Source: a virus. From it: a stretch of DNA of 64,000 nucleotides. Position numbers and translations under genes: made by a program. Below the pieces are notes generated by a model. The model saw only the letters and a program-made list of their open reading frames with translations, was not told the DNA's origin and searched no databases. Of this stretch, positions 7,397 through 15,228 are shown piece after piece (position 1 is the stretch's first letter; each line of letters opens with the position of its first letter). The DNA lies in the IMG/VR virus record IMGVR_UViG_3300027852_000003, positions 1 through 64,000 of that record; one strand, 5' to 3'.

Positions 7397-7609
7397 TTAA
7401 ACTTTCCAAAATTGCCACCATCTTTTTTGTAATTTTCTAACTTCTAATAAATTTGTTTGATAATTGCAAACAGCATGGACATTAGCAGGAATAATTGGAA
7501 TACCATGTCTGACTTTATCACTTTCAATATCAAGAAGTTCTATTTGTTCTTGTGTATACCCATATTTGTTTCTTAATTCGTTACACTCTTTTTTAGTTGC
7601 TTCATACAT
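7397..7609 (-). CDS. Hypothetical protein (70 aa)
   Basis: ATG at 7609 lies downstream of AGGAGG. The track's TTG start sits inside the SD. Confidence 0.55.
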   Translation of the reverse strand: MYEATKKECNELRNKYGYTQEQIELLDIESDKVRHGIPIIPANVHAVCNYQTNLLEVRKLQKRWWQFWKV

Positions 7610-7689
7610 CCTTTTTCTATGACCTCCTACTTCCAATATTCAAAAATTTATTATGTGTCTCCAGGTTTAGTCCGGCTTTAACCATTTTT

Positions 7690-7800
7690 TCGCTAAGGAA
7701 GGATTTGAACCTTCGATCAACTCCTATCTCATACTGTTGGGGCATGACTCCCTATCCTTTGAGAAACAGAGTTTGCCTTACCAAACTTGGCTACTATGCG
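7690..7800 (-). ncRNA. tRNA-like element with an oversized (about 45-nt) anticodon loop region (pseudo-tRNA, interrupted tRNA or tRNA mimic)
   Basis: On the minus strand: T arm GAAGG-TTCAAAT-CCTTC, D arm GCC-AAGTTTGGTAA-GGC, and anticodon-stem candidates ACTCT/GGAGT enclosing 45 nt. The acceptor CGCATAG/CTTAGCG has two central mismatches. The element is flanked by the 12-bp inverted repeat 7651..7662/7801..7812. Confidence 0.4.
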
Positions 7801-7821
7801 GGAGACACATAATTCTTTTAA

Positions 7822-7980
7822 TCAAAGTAATTTATAAGCTCTTTTTTTACTGTATACACAAATATTCCACCATAGCCATGCGTATGCTCTTGGACTATAT
7901 GTCAGAGTAATTCTCTTTGGTCTCCAATGTCTTAATATCATTTTTAATGTTCTGTGTGGTTTTGCCAACACTATCTTCAT
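7822..7980 (-). CDS. Possible basic Trp-rich peptide (52 aa)
   Basis: ATGA overlap with the stop of 7977..8183. Below the track's size cutoff. Confidence 0.35.
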   Translation of the reverse strand: MKIVLAKPHRTLKMILRHWRPKRITLTYSPRAYAWLWWNICVYSKKRAYKLL

Positions 7981-8183
7981 TGTGTTCCTCCCTTTTTATA
8001 AAATAGATATATATCCAAAAACTCCGATCTATAGGCTATCCTTTCAGCCCAAAAAGTCCTCCATTGTTCAGCCAAAAGACAATCGCTATCCTCTGGATGA
8101 ATCTTTGCATACTTGCAATACTCGCAGCCAAGCATGATCTCTGGCATGAGTAAAAATTTGTCTGAGGGCTTTGGTGTGAGCAT
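7977..8183 (-). CDS. Hypothetical protein (68 aa)
   Basis: ORF track entry. Confidence 0.55.
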   Translation of the reverse strand: MLTPKPSDKFLLMPEIMLGCEYCKYAKIHPEDSDCLLAEQWRTFWAERIAYRSEFLDIYLFYKKGGTQ

Positions 8184-8194
8184 TGGTTTTCCTT

Positions 8195-8395
8195 TTATGC
8201 TAATAATTCTTGTTTTAGCTTAAAAGTATTAATAAAGTCCAGATATTCTTCTGCGTGTTTCCACGTGTCAAACATAGCTACCATATTTGAATCTTTCGTC
8301 CCAACAATATGCCAGCTTTTATCTTCCAGATATCCATCATTTGGGTCTCCACTGCCTAAGTAATATAACTTTATATTTGAAGATTCTTTCTTCAT
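8195..8395 (-). CDS. Hypothetical protein (66 aa)
   Basis: ATG at 8395 (MKKESSNIKLYY...). The upstream part of the track ORF overlaps a better small gene. Confidence 0.55.
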   Translation of the reverse strand: MKKESSNIKLYYLGSGDPNDGYLEDKSWHIVGTKDSNMVAMFDTWKHAEEYLDFINTFKLKQELLA

Positions 8396-8420
8396 GGTAT
8401 TTTCTTTTTTTTCCTTTCGT

Positions 8421-8567
8421 TTACTTAGATGCCAGAGCAAAAAACAGTAATACTATTGCTGCGGAAGCATACGGACGAGCCCCTGCGGAGCAGCCCTCAA
8501 TCAAAGATGTTATAACTGCCAGACTAGACATAAGATATGCTCCTATAAAAAGGATAGTTTTATTCAT
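8421..8567 (-). CDS. Small hydrophobic membrane peptide (48 aa)
   Basis: ATAGGAGATAAAA precedes the ATG at 8567. Sequence: MNKTILFIGAYLMSSLAVITSLIEGCSAGARPYASAAIVLLFFALASK. Confidence 0.45.
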   Translation of the reverse strand: MNKTILFIGAYLMSSLAVITSLIEGCSAGARPYASAAIVLLFFALASK

Positions 8568-8588
8568 TTTTATCTCCTATTGTTTCGT

Positions 8589-8774
8589 TTACGCAATCTT
8601 CACTCTATCATTTTCATGCCATCTGTAAGGTTTTGACGGCGAATAAAAACCGGCATCCCATTCATCTTCGGTAGGGTTGTCTACCGTACCAAAAACCCCG
8701 CATCTGCTGCATTTGAGCATTAAGCAGGTGTCTGCCAATGCTGTTGAAAAAACCATCCATTTATGATCACACAT
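8589..8774 (-). CDS. Small CxHKW zinc-ribbon protein (61 aa)
   Basis: MCDHKW...CSRCG. Same N-terminal signature as 14301..14480 and 14091..14282. Confidence 0.6.
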   Translation of the reverse strand: MCDHKWMVFSTALADTCLMLKCSRCGVFGTVDNPTEDEWDAGFYSPSKPYRWHENDRVKIA

Positions 8775-8826
8775 TTTTCACCTCCTATTCTTTCTCCCTG
8801 AAATATTTGGAAAATATATTGCATAT

Positions 8827-9444
8827 TTATTTTACTCCCATTAATATGCCGTCTCCTCCATCAAATTTAAAATATAGTTGGTAGGAGGCAGGGAAGACAG
8901 ATATTAAAACTCCAGGCAATTTAGACAACTTTCTCAAATAACCAAGCTGAAACTTGCACCCCTTAATGGAAATATTTTCTTGAAAGTTGGCAATTGTCGC
9001 CCCAGTCCCATTACATTCAGTACAGGCTAATTCCTCGCCAGGGATATAGCCCGTCGAATCACATTCTTCGCATTCCCACTCATATTCATGTTTGGCCGTA
9101 TCATGATAAATACGTCCATTACCATCACACTCTGGGCACGTTGTTCTTTCCCCCCGGCCTTTACAACTATCACAAATGCCGTTTGCCTCTTCTGGTAATT
9201 CAGGGAGGGACACAAATTTCCCCTTTTGTTTAAACTGCAATTTTGCCACATCAGGAAATGTGGCAGGAAAAATATCAATAGTTTTGCCAACTTCCATTAT
9301 GACCGGCAACCTAACAATCACCTTGCCATCAGAAACATAAGTGTATTTGCCGTCACATAATGGTTTATCCAAGTTCTTTCTGTTGCCGCAAAAATCAGCT
9401 AATATCGACTCATAAAAACGATCATTTTTTGTTATTTCTGCCAT
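8827..9444 (-). CDS. Protein with a DnaJ-type cysteine-rich zinc-finger domain (4 x CxxCxGxG)
   Basis: Contains CDSCKGRG, CPECDGNG, CEECDSTG and CTECNGTG. Confidence 0.8.
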   Translation of the reverse strand: MAEITKNDRFYESILADFCGNRKNLDKPLCDGKYTYVSDGKVIVRLPVIMEVGKTIDIFPATFPDVAKLQFKQKGKFVSLPELPEEANGICDSCKGRGERTTCPECDGNGRIYHDTAKHEYEWECEECDSTGYIPGEELACTECNGTGATIANFQENISIKGCKFQLGYLRKLSKLPGVLISVFPASYQLYFKFDGGDGILMGVK

Positions 9445-9465
9445 GATAATTTTACCTCCAAGAAA

Positions 9466-9984
9466 TTATAAAGATTTATCTCTGAAATATTTAGAAAATA
9501 TATCCAACGCATCGGCAATGGCGGTGGAAAAAGAAGCAGGGGGCTCAGGTGTATTGAATGTTATGCTATTTTGATCAGATGTGTTGACTGTCATGTTATC
9601 TTTAAAGACCATGGATATATCTTCTTGCTCCGCCTCAGGCTCTACCTTTTTCTTTCTTGAATATCTCTTTATCCCCCAACGCAACCGGAATTTTTTGGCT
9701 GTATTTTTTTTAATACCAATGCTGTCGGCAAAAGTCTGGGTAACTTCTGTTAACGGTATTCCTGGGGATTTGGATATCAAGTAGCATAGCTTCCACAGGC
9801 GGGTTTCAAACGGTGTCCTGTCGTGCTTCCATAATTCATTTTCAAGATATTTCTGGATAGTGTCTAAGGGGATAGGGCTTATTTTGCCAATTAAATATAT
9901 GGCATATTTCTCAGAACCTGCAATTTCCTTCCGTCTTTTTTCCAACAATTCTCCGCCTTTCGCTTCACTTAATGGTGTTCTCAT
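9466..9984 (-). CDS. Hypothetical protein (172 aa)
   Basis: ORF track entry with AAGGAGGAGAACC upstream of the ATG. Confidence 0.75.
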   Translation of the reverse strand: MRTPLSEAKGGELLEKRRKEIAGSEKYAIYLIGKISPIPLDTIQKYLENELWKHDRTPFETRLWKLCYLISKSPGIPLTEVTQTFADSIGIKKNTAKKFRLRWGIKRYSRKKKVEPEAEQEDISMVFKDNMTVNTSDQNSITFNTPEPPASFSTAIADALDIFSKYFRDKSL

Positions 9985-10011
9985 GGTTCTCCTCCTTTAA
10001 GAAATATGTTT

Positions 10012-10245
10012 TCATGGCATTTCTTCTACGTTTGTGTCTTCTACGTTTGTGTCGCATATTTCATCCTCTTTTTCAGGGAAACAAAATTTTTTAAAAGTTT
10101 GCAACCTATCCATCATGCTTTCATACGTAACTTGCTCAATGTAATTTTCATGAAACAAAAACTCAAAGAAATGAAAAATAGCCAACCAATCCATATATTT
10201 TGTTTCTTCAACAATATGTTTTTTGCATTCGCTACATTTAAGCAT
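10012..10245 (-). CDS. Hypothetical protein (77 aa) with an in-frame 15-bp tandem duplication
   Basis: ORF track entry. 10024..10038 equals 10039..10053, encoding DTNVE twice. Confidence 0.55.
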   Translation of the reverse strand: MLKCSECKKHIVEETKYMDWLAIFHFFEFLFHENYIEQVTYESMMDRLQTFKKFCFPEKEDEICDTNVEDTNVEEMP

Positions 10246-10270
10246 TGTTTTTGCCTCCTATGAGCAATAT

Positions 10271-10537
10271 TTATTTATATTTTTCTGCCAACTTGTGTAA
10301 AGTATTCAACTCGGGATCAATTTCGTGCACTTGGCTTGTTAGTATTCTCCGGTCAGTATTTACCTCACGTATTTTCATTGTAATCGCATCCAAGGGAGAA
10401 GTGGCACAATCTTCTTTACGGAAGTTTAGCTTGCAATCAAACGCTAAATCTCTACCTTTTTTTGCGATATACATTTTATCTGTTTCTGTTACTTCTAATT
10501 CGTGTACTTTGTTTCCATGCACTGTGTATATTTTCAT
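10271..10537 (-). CDS. Hypothetical protein (88 aa)
   Basis: ATG at 10537 follows GGAGGAG, with an ATGA overlap with the upstream stop. Confidence 0.65.
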   Translation of the reverse strand: MKIYTVHGNKVHELEVTETDKMYIAKKGRDLAFDCKLNFRKEDCATSPLDAITMKIREVNTDRRILTSQVHEIDPELNTLHKLAEKYK

Positions 10538-10893
10538 GGTCTCCTCCATATAGCCTCAGTATCTCTTTCTAAAATAGTTTGTCGTAGATACATGGCCGAA
10601 TCCAATGCCTCCTGGTAAGCATCTATCAGCGCATCTCGCCCGTTTTCTGTTTCAAGTAAAGCACCGAACTTCTTTTTCCCCTCCTTGGCACGGGCCTTTA
10701 AATCCTTAATGACATAATGGAGCACGACCTTTTTTCCCGGTCTCGGTTGCGGTTCATCCTCCGACTGCCTATATCGATTATAATGCCCATGCTCAGGACA
10801 AAAATGCACTCCCAGCTCTGTCCATTCATGACAATTACATTTACTATTTTTGGAACCTTTTGGCCTGCCCTTTTTTTTCTTATTTGGTGCCAT
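10534..10893 (-). CDS. Basic protein with an N-terminal AT-hook-like motif (119 aa)
   Basis: Contains KKKKGRPKGSKN followed by CNCHEW..CPEHGH. Confidence 0.7.
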   Translation of the reverse strand: MAPNKKKKGRPKGSKNSKCNCHEWTELGVHFCPEHGHYNRYRQSEDEPQPRPGKKVVLHYVIKDLKARAKEGKKKFGALLETENGRDALIDAYQEALDSAMYLRQTILERDTEAIWRRP

Positions 10894-10960
10894 TGCTGCT
10901 CCTTAATTTTTACAATATAGCGCAGGAAGCTATGCAGGCCACTATTGGCCTTCCAGTACG

Positions 10961-11179
10961 TTACCGTCTGGACTTCCTGCGCTGTTTCGTTTTATTACAA
11001 AAGGATTTTTCATCTTCACTTGACAATATAACTATCTTGCCCGCATAATGTCCAACAAAACGGATGCCATTAATTCTAAATGTTTCAGTAGCATTTCTTC
11101 CTTTTTCATCCCATAAACAAAATTCAACATCATAGCCTATGTGTTCTAATAAAAGTTTTGCAAGCTCTTCAGTCTTCAT
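10961..11179 (-). CDS. Hypothetical protein (72 aa)
   Basis: ORF track entry. Confidence 0.6.
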   Translation of the reverse strand: MKTEELAKLLLEHIGYDVEFCLWDEKGRNATETFRINGIRFVGHYAGKIVILSSEDEKSFCNKTKQRRKSRR

Positions 11180-11348
11180 TTTTTTTTCTTCCGGTAATTA
11201 AAACATGTCAACTTTTGTGTTCTTGGCTTTTGGCTTTGTTCCTTATCTTTATTTTGCCATTTAGCGAACGTTAAGGGGTCAAATTTGGACGATCTACCTG
11301 TCGGCTATACTCTGCCCTTGACCTCCAAATTAAATGCCTTAAATCGGT

Positions 11349-11714
11349 TTAAATCTCTTTTTCCAACAACGCCCAAAAGTCGGTCGGTTTTCCGAGTTTT
11401 TTCCAGCAAACATTAAACACCTCTGAATTAATGGGGCCTTTTTCATTTTTGGGATCATCGTCTTCGTATGCTACAATCGATACTTTCAAACCAAGCACCC
11501 TTGAATATTTAATAATTTCGATAAGAGTAATGTTTCCGGGGTTATTAAGTACCTGGGCAGCCCGTTTTTTAGTAATACCCAATTTTTCGGCAAATTCATC
11601 TCCTGAAATTGGCATTGATCCCATTTTGTATTCTAATTGAGTAATGAAATCAGAAGCGATTCTGAAAAGATAATCTTTGTTGCTACGCTCTGTCCAATGA
11701 GGTTTCATTAGCAT
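11349..11714 (-). CDS. XRE-family helix-turn-helix transcriptional regulator
   Basis: ISGDEFAEKLGITKKRAAQVLNNPGNITLIEIIKYSRVLG is a typical HTH_3 pattern. Confidence 0.75.
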   Translation of the reverse strand: MLMKPHWTERSNKDYLFRIASDFITQLEYKMGSMPISGDEFAEKLGITKKRAAQVLNNPGNITLIEIIKYSRVLGLKVSIVAYEDDDPKNEKGPINSEVFNVCWKKLGKPTDFWALLEKEI

Positions 11715-11889
11715 TCCCTTCTTTTTCTGAAAACCTAATTTGCATATCCTCTATGCCTCCGCAAATCATACCTTTATAGGCTTTGATAGCCTGCAACCCA
11801 AGCTTAACCACCTCCTGCTGTAAGTTTTGGCAGAAACAGCAATGATATGTGCTGTTTTTTATGTATTCGTATAGTTCATTTTCGGTCAT
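11683..11889 (-). CDS. Hypothetical protein (68 aa)
   Basis: ATG at 11889 follows AAGGAG. It overlaps the HTH gene start. Confidence 0.5.
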   Translation of the reverse strand: MTENELYEYIKNSTYHCCFCQNLQQEVVKLGLQAIKAYKGMICGGIEDMQIRFSEKEGNANETSLDRA

Positions 11890-11951
11890 AAAGGGACTCC
11901 TTGTTGCAGAAATCATCCGTTTTTATCGGTTGCACTTGTTTGGCTATGGGC

Positions 11952-12167
11952 TTATGTTTCACTCCCCGATAGGATGTCTTGTGCCACCAAAACAGGGCAG
12001 TTGACCTCATGCTTAAAATCATTCTCATCAAAACCATATCCTTTTAGTTCGGCATTGCAATATTCACAAAAAAAGGATGGGGGAAAATCTCCGTCTATAT
12101 ATTTAAGGGGACCAGCGATAACCGCCCTTGCCAATGTTAAAACATCTTCTTTCGAAAAATTACACAT
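11952..12167 (-). CDS. Hypothetical protein (71 aa)
   Basis: ORF track entry with GAGGAGGAAAGCA upstream of the ATG. Confidence 0.6.
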   Translation of the reverse strand: MCNFSKEDVLTLARAVIAGPLKYIDGDFPPSFFCEYCNAELKGYGFDENDFKHEVNCPVLVAQDILSGSET

Positions 12168-12194
12168 TGCTTTCCTCCTCTTCTTTAGATTCCC

Positions 12195-12359
12195 TTACCC
12201 TTTTACTCCAGTTGCTTTATTCTTCTTGCGATCTGGCATGTCCTCCAAAATTGTCTTTAACGATGACATTCCTTTTATCTTTTTGTTTTTTTGGCGCATT
12301 TTTCTTTTTGCCAAAAGACGTTCCTGCGCTTTCAATAATTCAAATTCAGAAAAATCCAT
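12195..12359 (-). CDS. Possible basic coiled-coil peptide (54 aa)
   Basis: ACAGGAGAGATT precedes the ATG at 12359. Below the track's cutoff. Its 3' end lies in a junction repeat. Confidence 0.4.
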   Translation of the reverse strand: MDFSEFELLKAQERLLAKRKMRQKNKKIKGMSSLKTILEDMPDRKKNKATGVKG

Positions 12360-12374
12360 AATCTCTCCTGTCGG

Positions 12375-12899
12375 TTATCTTAAATTCAGAGATTTTCTAA
12401 TTAGCTTTTGGTGAGAAGATACATCTTTCTCTTCCTCAGTTTCTCCTAATGCAATTGCTCCCTCAATCCTGGAAGTCTTGCTCAAAAAAGAATAATATAG
12501 CGGTTCTTCGGTCAATGGTGCCTTTCGGTAAGCGTAGAATATAGCCTTTCCGACTTTCGTTACGAGGGGGCCAGCCGAAGCTTTCCGACAATGGGCGCAG
12601 GGATTAGCATATTTTACTTTACCTATGGTAAACTCAACAAAACCATTGTCGCAATGTTTGCAGTCATTTTTTTTATCCTCCGTAGAGTTTTGCGATACTG
12701 AAAAATAAGTGTTTCTCAACTCATCGGGCGTAGGGAAAAGCTTTGCACATCCAAGTATGTTTGATACGGCCAGGCTAAACCTTCCGAACTCGAAAGTTTT
12801 GACGAAATCATAATAAATTTCCGCTTGACCTGCATTAAACTTTTTTCCCCAACGCTTGCATAATTTTCCAAAGCAGATATCAAATTCGTTTTCAGTCAT
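12375..12899 (-). CDS. Hypothetical Cys-rich protein (174 aa), replication-module neighbour
   Basis: ORF track entry with CKHCDNG...CAHC. Confidence 0.75.
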   Translation of the reverse strand: MTENEFDICFGKLCKRWGKKFNAGQAEIYYDFVKTFEFGRFSLAVSNILGCAKLFPTPDELRNTYFSVSQNSTEDKKNDCKHCDNGFVEFTIGKVKYANPCAHCRKASAGPLVTKVGKAIFYAYRKAPLTEEPLYYSFLSKTSRIEGAIALGETEEEKDVSSHQKLIRKSLNLR

Positions 12900-12912
12900 G
12901 GTTTCTCCTGGG

Positions 12913-13182
12913 TTACATCACCGACCCGAAAGTGTGACCAATGAAGTCACCGCCGTATAATTGGAAAGTGCCAAGAAATTGCATATAGTCAACATCTTTT
13001 ACAGGATGGCCAGTACCGTAAATCTTGATTTTATGCGGGATTGCTTCATGGTTAGTTTCAACAAGTGCCCACAAGCAAGGTTCACCATGCTGAACTTGTA
13101 CGCTTAGCAACACCGCCCCCTTTGGCAATAAGACTATTTGGTCATCTTTTACTTCGAGCGGATACTTAAAAATCTTTTGCAT
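12913..13182 (-). CDS. Small conserved phage protein (89 aa)
   Basis: The pattern KYPLEV...LLPKGAVLLSVQVQHGEPCLWALV...YGTGHP recalls a widespread phage family. The family was not verified. Confidence 0.7.
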   Translation of the reverse strand: MQKIFKYPLEVKDDQIVLLPKGAVLLSVQVQHGEPCLWALVETNHEAIPHKIKIYGTGHPVKDVDYMQFLGTFQLYGGDFIGHTFGSVM

Positions 13183-13894
13183 TTTCTGCCTCCTCCTTTT
13201 TAGATTCTCTCACCCTTCTACTCCAATTGCTTTCTTGATCTTCTGGTACTTCATCCTCCCAGCAACCCTTATTTAACCAGGTGGCCGGCTTCTTCCACTG
13301 AGGGATAAACTCATCAGGATCGGCTCTTGCCCTCCAGGTTAGCTGGTTTTCAATAGCAGCAAGAAGGATTTCCAGAGAAGGAAGTTTTTTTCTTTTCATC
13401 AAAGTTTTCCATCTTGCAATAGCTTCATCTATTTCAACACGCTTTGGGTATATTTCCCAGAATTTGTTAAAATCATCTTGAGAAAAACATATATCTTTTT
13501 TCTTATCATTCTTATTTTCTGCCTGTCTGTTGCCTATTTGAAAATCTAAAAGTCCCATAAAGCCTTTATTTAAGCGGTATACGGCAGCATTTTTGCTACC
13601 TGTTTTGCTACCTACTTTTGATAAGAAATTTAATTTTACTAAGTGGTTTATTACCCGATACAGTTTCCCGTGTTGAGAATCTCCCAACCCAAAAGATCTC
13701 GTTTCCGTTTGGGAAAGAAAAAATTCGCACTCATCTAATCCGGTTAATTTATTGTTCTTCCTGCTTGCTCTTGCTTGCGCAGCCATGAGAACTTTCCAAT
13801 ACAAGCCGTCTGCTTGTTGTAAAAACCGGAACGCTTCATTATACTCATCAGTTGTTATCTTGGAAAACCAGGAGAGCGGGTTAGCCTTTTGCAT
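13166..13894 (-). CDS. Replication initiation / replisome-organizer-like protein
   Basis: N-terminal winged-helix-like region plus the C-terminal FNKFWEIYPKR...IPQWKKPATWLNKGCWEDE signature, which is common in phage replication proteins. This is recognition from memory. Confidence 0.7.
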   Translation of the reverse strand: MQKANPLSWFSKITTDEYNEAFRFLQQADGLYWKVLMAAQARASRKNNKLTGLDECEFFLSQTETRSFGLGDSQHGKLYRVINHLVKLNFLSKVGSKTGSKNAAVYRLNKGFMGLLDFQIGNRQAENKNDKKKDICFSQDDFNKFWEIYPKRVEIDEAIARWKTLMKRKKLPSLEILLAAIENQLTWRARADPDEFIPQWKKPATWLNKGCWEDEVPEDQESNWSRRVRESKKEEAENAKDF

Positions 13895-14051
13895 TTTTAT
13901 AATCTTCGACTTCTTTTTTATCCAAAAAATTACCCTTCCCGATAGGATAAAGTTTAAGGACTTTTCTATCCGTTAGCCTATAAACTGTAGGAGGACTAAC
14001 CTCTAATATTTTGGCGGCTTGGTAGTGCGAAATTAACTCTTTCTTTTCCAT
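13881..14051 (-). CDS. Excisionase/MerR-type HTH DNA-binding protein (56 aa)
   Basis: LISHYQAAKILEVSPPTVYRLTDRKVLKLYPIG. ATG at 14051 follows AAAGGAA. Below the track's cutoff. Confidence 0.55.
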   Translation of the reverse strand: MEKKELISHYQAAKILEVSPPTVYRLTDRKVLKLYPIGKGNFLDKKEVEDYKNAKG

Positions 14052-14090
14052 TAAATTTCCTTTCTGTTAAATAAATATAATTATAACAGC

Positions 14091-14282
14091 TTAAAATATA
14101 ATGTCAAGAATTTTTTTCTTTTTAGTTTGAACAGGCACATACTCAAAATAAAGAGTATGGCATCTTTGGCAAGCCTCAATTACCGCAATCGTATTTCCTG
14201 GTCTGTCCCTAATTTCCATTAAATTCTCGCTAAAGGGAAATTTTGCAGGCTTATGCCCTAAAATTTTACATAATAAACTCAT
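14091..14282 (-). CDS. Small zinc-ribbon protein (LCKILGHKP...CQRC)
   Basis: ATG at 14282 follows GGAGGAA. The track's TTG start sits inside the SD. Confidence 0.55.
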   Translation of the reverse strand: MSLLCKILGHKPAKFPFSENLMEIRDRPGNTIAVIEACQRCHTLYFEYVPVQTKKKKILDIIF

Positions 14283-14300
14283 AAATTCCTCCAAATGTTG

Positions 14301-14480
14301 TTATAATTTTCTGACTATTACGTCTTGTACCTTATTACATTTTAAACAAGTTCTAGTTTGCCGCACCTCTATATACGGCACTTCTTGACCTTGAACATTT
14401 TTGGGGGCAATCCGCCCAAGAATTTTTATTCCTCGCTTTTCATACTGTTCCCAGTTTGTCCACTTATGTATAAAACACAT
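14301..14480 (-). CDS. Small CxHKW zinc-ribbon protein (59 aa)
   Basis: MCFIHKW...CLKCNK. Below the track's cutoff. The 5' 105 nt plus 11 nt of leader are duplicated at 1..116. Confidence 0.5.
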   Translation of the reverse strand: MCFIHKWTNWEQYEKRGIKILGRIAPKNVQGQEVPYIEVRQTRTCLKCNKVQDVIVRKL

Positions 14481-14491
14481 AATACCCCCCT
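14376..14491. repeat. 116-bp perfect direct repeat, copy B
   Basis: Identical to 1..116. Confidence 0.95.
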
Positions 14492-14502
14492 TTAATTAAA
14501 CC

Positions 14503-15228
14503 TTAATCGTCAAAACTTATCTTTAACTGCTGTGTTTCCCGCTCTATACGCTCTGCCGCTATCTCGCAGTATTTTTCTGAAGTCTCACAAGCTAGCCATT
14601 TACGGTTTAATTTTTCACAGGCTACTCCGGTTGTGCCTGAACCAAAATACGGATCAAGAACTAAATCCTCTTCATTAGTTGACGACATTACAACCATCTC
14701 AGAAAGCTTTACGGGGAATGGTGCTGGATGATTTGCTCTTTTATCTCTACCTGGGACAACAGGTACGCGCCATACTTCACCAAATTTAACATATTTTTTT
14801 ATCGGTCGCCATTTATCCTTACAAATTATAAATATTCTTTCTGTAGATGGCGCAAAAAAAGAACCTGCGAAATTAAACATACCCACCCTATTCCATATTA
14901 TTTCTTGCCGTATTGGAAAAGGGATAAGTCGTTTTCGATCGTCTAAAACGCCGTTTAATATTCTTGGTTTGTGGTTATAAAAAATTGCTCCATCTTGTTT
15001 CAACAAATTATACATTAATTTAAAAACAGCATGTTGAGTATTTGTATATTCTTGGTCTGGGATGTCGTCTTGATATTCGTCATATGGTCTACCCAAATTA
15101 TAGGGCGGAGAAGTCCACACCAAATCCACAGGCTCAAGTTCTGGCATAATCTCAGTACAATCCCCATGGTAAAGTTTTCCTAATTTCGTTTCAAAGTATG
15201 GCTTCAATTCACTCCCCTTAATCATCAA
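14503..15228 (-). CDS. DNA methyltransferase, N4/N6 family (SPPY motif, beta-class order)
   Basis: DLVWTSPPYNLG catalytic motif lies N-terminal and LDPYFGSGTTGVA SAM motif C-terminal. Confidence 0.9.
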   Translation of the reverse strand: MMIKGSELKPYFETKLGKLYHGDCTEIMPELEPVDLVWTSPPYNLGRPYDEYQDDIPDQEYTNTQHAVFKLMYNLLKQDGAIFYNHKPRILNGVLDDRKRLIPFPIRQEIIWNRVGMFNFAGSFFAPSTERIFIICKDKWRPIKKYVKFGEVWRVPVVPGRDKRANHPAPFPVKLSEMVVMSSTNEEDLVLDPYFGSGTTGVACEKLNRKWLACETSEKYCEIAAERIERETQQLKISFDD

